From: Dehalococcoidia bacterium
Lineage (GTDB): Bacteria > Chloroflexota > Dehalococcoidia > Lucifugimonadales > UBA3495
Reading direction: 5' to 3'
NCBI GenBank assembly: GCA_963667675.1
Contig: OY763929.1
Span: forward strand, 814,358-878,357
DNA: 64,000 bases
The notes beneath the pieces are model-generated. The model was not told the DNA's origin. It searched no databases and saw nothing but the letters and a program-made list of their open reading frames with translations. Both the position numbers and the translations under genes were made by a program. How positions within the stretch are numbered: the first letter of the stretch is position 1; every line of letters starts with the position of its first letter. Shown piece by piece: positions 47,921-55,682 of this stretch.

Positions 47921-48200
47921 GTAGGGGCGGTTCGCGAACCGCCCCTGCACCGGAATCATGCAGGATCCTTGATGTGTCACCAATTGGACCGCCGCCACAA
48001 CCCGGCCATCCATCATAATTGCCCAACCCGTAGGGGCAACCCTTGTGGTTGCCCTCGCCTCGGTCAGGGCGCCCACAAGGGGCGCCCCTACGTTGGGCGC
48101 TGCCCCATGGCCTGATACCAGGAAGCGGCCAACCCTGCCACACCCCCGTTCGCCCTGAGGGAAATCGAAGGGCTTGTCGAATCACTCGAACGGACGAACC
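47921..48200. repeat. cluster of hairpin repeats (families D, D, D, A, B-like)
   Basis: gtaggggcggttcgcgaaccgcccctgcac; cgtaggggcaacccttgtggttgccctcgcc; cagggcgcccacaaggggcgcccctacg; ccgttcgccctgagggaaatcgaagggc; cttgtcgaatcactcgaacgg. Confidence 0.6.
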
Positions 48201-48463
48201 GACTGCCGGGGAAACCGCCCCCATCCTGTCTATCCCATGAATCCCGTGAATCACAGTTCAGACCACCCACCCCCCAACCTACTGACATTTCGCGCTTGCG
48301 CACCCCCATGCCCCACCCCTATCCTGTAATCAGGCAGGTTTCACCCCTGCCGAATCTAAAAACCGGCCACTGAGGCCCCATGGCTCTAAATGTCTCAAAA
48401 TGGCACAGAAAAAAATAGTCCCGGCGCCTCCAACGCTCGCTGGCAGGCACAGGAGGAAATCCG

Positions 48464-48778
48464 ATGAACCTCAGCTCTCTACAGTCACGTGTCCGCGCCC
48501 TGCGCCGCAAAATGGCCAAACCCTATGCCCAGCTTATGATTCAGCGCATGACCGACGAAGTCTGCGACCAGTGGGCTGTCGCCAATGCCTTCAAGCGCAC
48601 CCTCCCCTCTCCCTGGGAATTCGTGCGCAAGGTCGCCAAGGCAGGCTTCCGGCTCCCCACCTTCACCGGTGCGGTGCTCTACCTCGAAGGCTGCAACGGG
48701 AATCGAAAACAGCCCTATCCGGACTACCTCCTGCGCCTCCTCCTCCCCTGGGCCGCCTACAGCTACGCCGTGGACTGA
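48464..48778 (+). CDS. hypothetical protein
   Basis: 104-aa ORF. ATG preceded by AGGAGGA at good spacing. No family recognised. Confidence 0.5.
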   Translation: MNLSSLQSRVRALRRKMAKPYAQLMIQRMTDEVCDQWAVANAFKRTLPSPWEFVRKVAKAGFRLPTFTGAVLYLEGCNGNRKQPYPDYLLRLLLPWAAYSYAVD

Positions 48779-48824
48779 AGACCGCCTTTCCCAGACCATC
48801 TCCTGATTTCCCATTGGCATAAAG

Positions 48825-48853
48825 TTGAGGGGTGTGGGTCGTTAGCCTATAAT
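48825..48853 (+). promoter_or_regulatory. candidate sigma-70-type promoter upstream of dnaJ
   Basis: TTGAGG, 17-nt spacer, TATAAT. Confidence 0.35.
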
Positions 48854-48926
48854 AGTTTGGTTATAGCCGCGCCGGTCCGTGGTTAGGACCACTGGCGGCG
48901 GCGCTAGTCGCTTAAGGCGGTATTTG

Positions 48927-50147
48927 ATGGCGAACCGGGACTACTACGAGGTGTTGGGGGTATCCCGCAACAACACGGACGAGGATATCCGTAAGGCCTT
49001 TCGCAAGAAGGCCCTGGAGTACCATCCCGACCGCAACAAGAGTCCCGACGCCGAAACCAAGTTCAAGGAAATCAACGAGGCTTACCAGGTGCTGTCGGAC
49101 CCGCAGAAGCGGGCCCAGTACAACCAGTTTGGACACGCCGGGGTAAGGTCCAACGGCGGGTTCGACCGTCCCTTCGACGGCTTCGACGTTTTCGGCGGCT
49201 TCGGCGACATCTTCGACTCGTTCTTCGGGGACGTTTCCGGGCGGCGGGCCCGTGAGGCCCAGCGGGGCGCCGACCTCCAGCACCGGGTGGTGCTCAGCTT
49301 CGAGGAGTCGGTTTTCGGCGCGGAGCGTCAGGTGGAGGTCAGCCGGCTGGACGTCTGCCGCCACTGCTCCGGAGAAGGCAACGAGCCGGGAACGCCGGTG
49401 AACACCTGCGGGACCTGCCGGGGCAGGGGGCAGGTGCGGCGGTCCCAGCGCAGCATCTTCGGCCAGTTCACCCAGGTGGTGGGATGTGCAACCTGCCAGG
49501 GCCGGGGGAAAGTGGTGGAAACCGCCTGCTCGACGTGCCGGGGCCACGGCGCGGAGCGTCGGAAGCGCCGGATTGAGGTGAAGATACCCGCCGGGGTGGA
49601 ACGGGGCATGCAAGTGCGGCTGTCGGGAGAAGGAGACGTGGGCCGGGAAGGCGGCCCTGCCGGCAACCTGTACGTGCACGTGGACATCCGGGACCACAAG
49701 CAATTTGTGCGACAAGGCAACGACCTGCTGTACCGCTTGCCCATCAACGTGGCCGAGGCAGCCCTGGGCGCCAGCAAAGAGGTGCCCATCCTGGAGAAGG
49801 ACGGGGACGGCAAGAGCAGGACGGAGACAATCAAGGTGCCCCAGGGAACCCAACCCGGAGCGGAGTTCCGGGTCCGGGGCAAGGGAGTGCCCCACCTGAA
49901 CTCGGGCCATCGGGGCGACCTGCGGGTGATGGTGGATATTCAAGTCCCCAAGAACCTGAACTCCAAGCAGCGCCAGTTGCTGGAGGAGTTCGCCCGTTCG
50001 ATGGCCCCCGGCTCCAAGATCAACGGGGCGGCCAGCTCCAAGTCCAACGGACAGGGCGCGGCCAACGGCCGCGCCGAAGGCACCGGAGAGGACGAGGCGG
50101 ACAAGGACAAAGGGCTGTTCGACCGCATCAAGGACACCTTTGGCTGA
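48927..50147 (+). CDS. dnaJ: molecular chaperone DnaJ
   Basis: J domain (DYYEVLGV...HPDRN), G/F region, and four CxxCxGxG zinc motifs (CRHCSGEG, CGTCRGRG, CATCQGRG, CSTCRGHG). Confidence 0.95.
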   Translation: MANRDYYEVLGVSRNNTDEDIRKAFRKKALEYHPDRNKSPDAETKFKEINEAYQVLSDPQKRAQYNQFGHAGVRSNGGFDRPFDGFDVFGGFGDIFDSFFGDVSGRRAREAQRGADLQHRVVLSFEESVFGAERQVEVSRLDVCRHCSGEGNEPGTPVNTCGTCRGRGQVRRSQRSIFGQFTQVVGCATCQGRGKVVETACSTCRGHGAERRKRRIEVKIPAGVERGMQVRLSGEGDVGREGGPAGNLYVHVDIRDHKQFVRQGNDLLYRLPINVAEAALGASKEVPILEKDGDGKSRTETIKVPQGTQPGAEFRVRGKGVPHLNSGHRGDLRVMVDIQVPKNLNSKQRQLLEEFARSMAPGSKINGAASSKSNGQGAANGRAEGTGEDEADKDKGLFDRIKDTFG

Positions 50148-50204
50148 GACCGGAGCGTCGAACGCGGCCGACACTGCGACGTCCGCGTAGGGGTCTCGAA
50201 GGTC

Positions 50205-51086
50205 ATGGCGGCGTCCTGGCAAGAACTCAGCATCGCAGTGCCCCACGAATACGTTGAGCCCGTTTCGTACCTGTTCAGCCGCTACGGCCGCGCCCTGACC
50301 GTTGAATCCCAAAGAGGAGCGGACGGCCCGGAGCGGGTCATCCTCCGCACTTACCTGCCCGCCGGTTCCCGCGAAAGGTTTGCCCGCATCGAGGTCGGGA
50401 TAAAGCTGGTCTCGCTGCTGGAGCCCCTGGGAGACTTGATGGTCAACGAGGTCAGGGAAGAGGACTGGCAGAACAGCTGGAAGTCCCACTTCCACCTGCT
50501 GAAGATCGGCAGCCGGCTGGTGATAAAGCCCTCGTGGATAGAGTACGAAGCACAGTCCGGCGAAGTGGTGATAGAAATCGACCCCGGCATGGCCTTCGGC
50601 ACCGGGTACCACCCGACGACCTACACGTGCCTGCAGGCCCTGGAAGAATGGGTGAAGCCGGGGGCCGCGGTGCTGGACCTGGGGGTTGGCTCGGGGATTC
50701 TGTCCATAGCGGCCCTGGGGCTGGGCGCGGGGTCGGTGACCGCGCTGGACATAGATTCGCAGGCGGTGCGGGCGGCGCGGCAGAACTTCCGCCGGGTCGG
50801 GGTAACGCGACAGGTAACGCTGGCCCAGGGGAGCGTTCCCCACGCGGCGGCGAAGGCCGGGCAGTTCGACCTGGCAGCGGCCAACATTTCAGCGAGAGCG
50901 GTGTGCGAGCGGGCCCAGTCCTTATGCCCGACGCTGCGGCCCGGGGGCGCGCTGATAGCGTCGGGAATGGTGCGAGGCCAGGAGACGCAGGTGGTTGAAA
51001 CCCTGGAGGGGTTGGGTTGGTCGGTGGTGCAGGAGTGGGCGCGGGAGGACTGGGTGACCCTGGCGTTCCAGGCGGCCAAGGACTAG
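50205..51086 (+). CDS. prmA: ribosomal protein L11 methyltransferase
   Basis: PrmA N-domain plus SAM motif VLDLGVGSGILSIAA. dnaJ-prmA synteny. Confidence 0.9.
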   Translation: MAASWQELSIAVPHEYVEPVSYLFSRYGRALTVESQRGADGPERVILRTYLPAGSRERFARIEVGIKLVSLLEPLGDLMVNEVREEDWQNSWKSHFHLLKIGSRLVIKPSWIEYEAQSGEVVIEIDPGMAFGTGYHPTTYTCLQALEEWVKPGAAVLDLGVGSGILSIAALGLGAGSVTALDIDSQAVRAARQNFRRVGVTRQVTLAQGSVPHAAAKAGQFDLAAANISARAVCERAQSLCPTLRPGGALIASGMVRGQETQVVETLEGLGWSVVQEWAREDWVTLAFQAAKD

Positions 51087-51204
51087 AGTGCTATACTGGA
51101 CGCTTGGATACAGTAACGCCAGCTACGCAGACGGGAGTATCGGACCGTATTGCCGGCTCCGGTAATCTTCCCGCCGGCGAACCTGCCGACAGCGAACAGC
51201 AGCC

Positions 51205-52230
51205 GTGGCGATTGAACAGGTAGAGCTAAGCCGCTACAAGCCATTGGGGTCCCTGGGGTCGGGGGCCGACTACCAGGTACGGTCGGCCTTGGACGAAGAG
51301 ACGGGCCGGGAAGTGGCGCTGAAACGGCCCCAGCCCCAGATGGTCAGCAAGCGTCTGCACGGACGCATCGAGGCCAGGACGGACCGCACGCTGCAAATTC
51401 TCCAAAGCCTCGACTTCGATGTTCCCACCGTCGTCCCGGTTTTGGGATACACCCGGCGGGCCAACCACGACGACTACTTCGGGGACTCGCTGGGGCAAGA
51501 GTACACCGTGGTAGTGGAGGAGCGGGCAAGGGGGATTCCGCTGGTAGGCGACCCGATGGCCCGCATCACCAAGGTCCCGATAGGGGTGGGCCAAAACCTG
51601 TTCACGCTGTTCCCCATGGTCCAGCCTGCGGGCCAAGAGCCATTTCCCATCCACCGGCAACTGCTGGACCTGGAAGAAAGGCTGTACGACGCCGGGTACG
51701 TGCTGCTGGACATGCGGCCGCAGAATATCTTCTACCAGCCGGCAGAGGGACGCATCACCGTCATCGACTGTGGAGACCTGAGGTCTTTGGACGACCAATC
51801 GTACGACGGACTACGGCCGCCGCCGGAAATCCACCAGTTCTACATGGAGATGCTGAAGTTTTACGCGACTCCCCAGGAGCCGCCGGCGGAAGCCGCCGGC
51901 TACCGGGAGCCCTACGGAATGCGACGGGTGCTGCGGTTCGAGATGGAAATGGACGAGATGGCCGACAGGTTCGCCGATGCGCCGCCGTCTCTGCGAGACG
52001 CCGCGCTGCCGATGATCGGCAAGGTGCGGGACCGGAGCTATGCGTCCTTCGACGACTTTCGCTCGGACTTGAACGAGTACCTGGGGGCGGTGTCGGAGTA
52101 CGATATGGGGCTGGCCAACCTGCAAGAACTGAGGCGGGTATGGATGGTGGCCCTGGGCTGGCTTGGAGGAGAATACTGGCGGCGGTTCCTGTTCGACTAC
52201 GATGCGGAGCAGGCGGCGTTTCAGATTTAG
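51205..52230 (+). CDS. divergent protein-kinase-like fold protein
   Basis: Gly-loop-like LGSGADYQV, VALKRP (VAIK-like), LLDMRPQNIFY (catalytic-loop-like, D and N retained), VIDCGDL (DFG-like). GTG start. Confidence 0.5.
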   Translation: MAIEQVELSRYKPLGSLGSGADYQVRSALDEETGREVALKRPQPQMVSKRLHGRIEARTDRTLQILQSLDFDVPTVVPVLGYTRRANHDDYFGDSLGQEYTVVVEERARGIPLVGDPMARITKVPIGVGQNLFTLFPMVQPAGQEPFPIHRQLLDLEERLYDAGYVLLDMRPQNIFYQPAEGRITVIDCGDLRSLDDQSYDGLRPPPEIHQFYMEMLKFYATPQEPPAEAAGYREPYGMRRVLRFEMEMDEMADRFADAPPSLRDAALPMIGKVRDRSYASFDDFRSDLNEYLGAVSEYDMGLANLQELRRVWMVALGWLGGEYWRRFLFDYDAEQAAFQI

Positions 52231-52304
52231 CGAAGAGTAGATATTCCAGCATCCAGAGTATATTTGCGGGGCGGATTGAGTATTGTTATCGAGGTCCGGC
52301 TAAT

Positions 52305-52978
52305 ATGATTCCCAGCACAGTGGCGACATCGCAAGACAACTCGGCGCACGGCGACGATGCCTTCCTGACCAGAGACCTGGGAGGCAACGGGTTCCTGGAC
52401 GCGGTTATGGACGGGGTGACGGGCCACGGAGGAGAGGAGGCCAGCCGCTCGGTGAAAGAGGCCCTGGAATCGGCCGCGGTGAATTCGCCCGAGGACGTGG
52501 TAGCGGTGTTGGAAGACTTGAACGACGAGTTCTACCAGGTCGGCGGCGGGCGGTTCCTGCTCACCACGGTGTCGGCGGCGCTGTATTTGGATGACCGGCT
52601 GCACGTCGTCGGGGCGGGAGACAGTCCCATATTCCTGGTAAAGCCCGACTCATACGAGGAAATCTGCGGCAGAAGCGGCCGGTTCTTCCACGTGGGGGTG
52701 AGATACACCGTGGGAGCCGGCCTTCGCTGTCGAACCTGAACAGGCTGGAAACGAGCATAGAGCCGGGATTTCGCCTGCTTTTGGCCACCGACGGGCTAAG
52801 CGACAATATCTTGCTGGACGACCTGGCGGAAATCGTGAGGCGGGCGGAATCGGCTGAAGACGCTTCCCAGAAGGTCGAAAGCGCCCTGCAGTCGTTGCTG
52901 CAGCCGGGAAGGATGCCCGAGGAACTGGGGCGCCGGTTCAGACGGGATGACCGCACGGGCATCTTCCGGTTTTTCTAG
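52305..52978 (+). pseudogene. PP2C/SpoIIE-family phosphatase interrupted by a frameshift
   Basis: Frame 1 gives DAVMDGVTGHGGEEAS...VGAGDSPIFLV and stops at 52737-52739. The family continuation (EPGFRLLLATDGLSDN...DDRTGIFRFF) is in another frame to 52978. A G5 run at 52694-52698 is the likeliest shift site. Confidence 0.65.
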
Positions 52979-53062
52979 CCAACGTCCTAGACAGGCCGCA
53001 GGAAACCATGACCGGATGTTGTGCGGTACGAATTGGACTTGCGACGAATCCGACTGGAGACT

Positions 53063-53091
53063 TTGTAGCAAGTGAGACTACTTGCTAAAAT
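53063..53091 (+). promoter_or_regulatory. candidate sigma-70-type promoter upstream of the GT4 gene
   Basis: TTGTAG, 17-nt spacer, TAAAAT. The spacer forms an 8-bp hairpin tagcaagt/acttgcta. Confidence 0.3.
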
Positions 53092-53142
53092 GCCAGTGAT
53101 GAACAGCGGGCGCTTACAGGCGGCGAGGACCGGAGAGACGAC

Positions 53143-54285
53143 TTGAAAATCGCGATGGTCTCGCCATACGACTTTACCTGGCCGGGAGGGGTAACGACCC
53201 ACGTGGCGCAGTTGGCCCGGGAGTTGGGCAGGTCGGGCCACGAGGTGCAGGTGTTGGCTCCCCATTCCCCTTCCAGGACCAACGCCGACGCGGAGCAATT
53301 CATTCCCCTGGGCAGGTCGGTGCCGCTGCCCAGCGGCGGGTCAACGGCGCGGGTGAGCCTGTCATGGTGGCTCTATCCCAAGGTTAGGGCCATTCTAAGG
53401 CGAGAAAAATTCGACATAGTGCATTTGCACGAGCCGCTGGCCCCGATACTGCCCTTGTGCGTGCTGGAGTTTTCCAACTCGGTGAACATCGGGACGTTTC
53501 ACGCTTCGTACAGCCACCAACGGCTGTACACGCTGACCCACCCCATTATCAAGCGGTGGCAGAGACGTCTCCACGGGGCCATAGCGGTTTCTCCCGCCGC
53601 CCGCCGGTACGTGCACGAGGCGTTTCCCGGAGACTATGAAATCATTCCCAACGGTATCGACGTGGACCATTTCGTCGACAATGCCGTTCCCTGGCCCCAG
53701 TACCAGGACGGCAAGACCAATATCCTGTTCGTGGGGCGCCTGGAGAAGCGCAAGGGACTGAGGTACTTACTGGAGGCCTACAGCAAGCTGAAGTGGGACT
53801 TTCCCAACACCAGGCTGCTGGTGGTGGGCCCGGGCAAGCCGGACGAAGGATCGTTTGAGGTCATAGGGGCCCGGAGCCTCCGAGACGTGGAGCTAATCGG
53901 CGGCGTTTCGCATGGTGACCTGCCCAGGTACTATGCATCGGCGGATATCTTCTGCTCCCCGGCCACCGGGGCCGAGAGCTTTGGCATTGTGCTGCTGGAA
54001 GCGATGGCGGCCGGGAAACCGTTGATAGCCTCGGACATTGAAGGATATCGAGGCATCGTCTCGGATGGTGAGCAGGGGATGTTGGTCCCCCGCAAGAACT
54101 CGGACGAACTGGCCAAGGCTCTGGCTCGGCTCATCGAAGACCCGGAGCTTGCCCGACAGATGGGCAGCAGGGGCCGTGAGATGGTGGAGAGATACCGTTG
54201 GGCGGAGGTGGCCTCCCAGGTGGAGGACTATTACGAAGTCTGCCTAAGAGCGGTCAATGGCAATACCAGGACGAGAGCAGCTTAG
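53143..54285 (+). CDS. GT4-family glycosyltransferase (PimA-like)
   Basis: MKIAMVSPYDFTWPGGVTTHV N-terminus and EAMAAGKPLIASDIEGY region, as in phosphatidylinositol mannosyltransferase-type GT4 enzymes. TTG start after GGAGAG. Confidence 0.85.
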   Translation: MKIAMVSPYDFTWPGGVTTHVAQLARELGRSGHEVQVLAPHSPSRTNADAEQFIPLGRSVPLPSGGSTARVSLSWWLYPKVRAILRREKFDIVHLHEPLAPILPLCVLEFSNSVNIGTFHASYSHQRLYTLTHPIIKRWQRRLHGAIAVSPAARRYVHEAFPGDYEIIPNGIDVDHFVDNAVPWPQYQDGKTNILFVGRLEKRKGLRYLLEAYSKLKWDFPNTRLLVVGPGKPDEGSFEVIGARSLRDVELIGGVSHGDLPRYYASADIFCSPATGAESFGIVLLEAMAAGKPLIASDIEGYRGIVSDGEQGMLVPRKNSDELAKALARLIEDPELARQMGSRGREMVERYRWAEVASQVEDYYEVCLRAVNGNTRTRAA

Positions 54286-54868
54286 GTCGGCACTACAGCA
54301 CTACGTCGAGCTCCCCGGCGCCCGTTTCCTCAGGGCGCTGAAACTCACCCCCAACGCCGTGACCCTTATTGGCTTCGGGTTGACCGTGGCCGCCGCCTGC
54401 CTGGTGGGCTTTGGATGGCTGCTGCCGGGAGGCATCGTGTTCTTGGCGGGCGGCATCCTGGACCTGATGGACGGCGCGCTGGCCCGCCTGACGGGGACCG
54501 CCAGCCCGTTTGGCGCCCTGCTGGACTCATTGTTCGACCGGCTTGGGGAGGCGGCCCTGTTCCTGGGGCTGGCGATTTACGCCCTGGAAGCCGAATTCAG
54601 CGACGAGCGCCGGCTTTTCTTCATGGTGGTCCTGCTCCTGGCGCTGATCTTCTCCCAGGCGGTCAGCTATCTGAGAGCCAGGGGAGAGGGCCTGGGGGTG
54701 TTCACACGAGCCGGAGTGATGACCCGCCCGGAGCGGGTGGTGCTGCTGGCAGCCGGCCTCATCAGCGGCCAGATTATGTGGATACTCCTGGCCATAGCGG
54801 CGGTGTCGGGCCTGACCTTGGTGCAACGGCTGTTCACCATAGGCCGCGAGCTAGGCAAGAGTGGATAA
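54257..54868 (+). CDS. CDP-alcohol phosphatidyltransferase family protein
   Basis: Complete D-x2-D-G-x2-A-R-x8-G-x3-D-x3-D motif in DLMDGALARLTGTASPFGALLDSLFD. Multi-TM. Overlaps the GT4 gene by 29 nt. Confidence 0.8.
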   Translation: MAIPGREQLRSALQHYVELPGARFLRALKLTPNAVTLIGFGLTVAAACLVGFGWLLPGGIVFLAGGILDLMDGALARLTGTASPFGALLDSLFDRLGEAALFLGLAIYALEAEFSDERRLFFMVVLLLALIFSQAVSYLRARGEGLGVFTRAGVMTRPERVVLLAAGLISGQIMWILLAIAAVSGLTLVQRLFTIGRELGKSG

Positions 54869-54942
54869 CCGGCAGGTTAGAGTGTAAACTGGATGGTCGA
54901 ACAAGCGGCCAGGCGTTCACATAACCCGGAGCTTCAGGCACT

Positions 54943-55651
54943 ATGCGGCAACCAATGATCGCTGACAGAGACAAGGCCCAACTGAAGCGGATATTCCGCA
55001 AGGACCTGACCAAGGAGGTCACGATACGGCTGTTCACCCAGAAGCCGTCTCCGGTGACGGTGCCAGGCAGGGAATGCCGGTATTGTCCCGAGACCCAGCA
55101 GATAATGGAGGAACTGTCGGCCCTGTCGCCCAAGGTGCACTTGGACGTGGTCGACTTCTACCAGGAGCCGCAGAGGGCGCGAGAGGCAGGGGCGACGCGG
55201 ATACCGGCGATCATCCTGGGCGCCAAGGGAGACTCGAGGGCGAAGTTCTACGGGATTCCCACTGGCTACGGCCTTGGGGACGATAGTGGAGGGCATCAGG
55301 CTCACGTCCAGGGGCGTGAGCCCCCTGAGCATGAATACCAGGAAGAAGCTGCGGCAGGTGAACCGGCCGGTGCACATCCAGGTGTTCATGACTCCTACAG
55401 ACCCAGATTGTCCCAGAATGTCCCAACTGGCCCACGCATTCGCCTTGGAATGTCCATACGTCACGTCGGACGTAGTGGAAGTGCAGGAGTTCCCGGCCCT
55501 TGGCCGGGTTTACGGGGTGAGGTCGGTGCCGGCGACGGTAATCAACGAACACATCAGGTTTGCCGGAGTAGTCACCGAGTCCCAGTTGCTGGAGAAAACG
55601 CTCCAAGCCGGGATAGGCGCGATGCAGACAGCAAAGGCCGGTCCAGGCTAG
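54943..55651 (+). pseudogene. two-unit thioredoxin-fold protein (archaeal PDO / glutaredoxin-like TIGR02187 type) interrupted by a frameshift
   Basis: Frame A gives ...GRECRYCPETQQIMEEL...KFYGIPTGYGLG. The family continuation TIVEGIRLTSRGVSPLS...DPDCPRMSQLAH...VRSVPATVIN is in frame B. The junction is at the G4 run 55276-55279. Confidence 0.65.
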
Positions 55652-55682
55652 CCGGACCAAGACTGAACCAGGAGAAGGTAGC

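Noticed and set aside
48779-48926. CIRCE (HrcA) or HAIR (HspR) heat-shock operator upstream of dnaJ.
   Set aside because: No TTAGCACTC-N9-GAGTGCTAA or CTTGAGT-N7-ACTCAAG match. Only a promoter-like TTGAGG-17-TATAAT is present.
48912-50843. Very long antisense ORFs: 643 aa opposite dnaJ/prmA, and also 4289..5512, 17809..18954, 27787..28926, 39992..40921, 40836..41807, 19152..20135.
   Set aside because: Each lies exactly opposite a gene with clear family motifs and has Arg/Gly/Pro/Ala-dominated composition with no recognisable domains. These are the usual stop-poor shadow frames of high-GC DNA.
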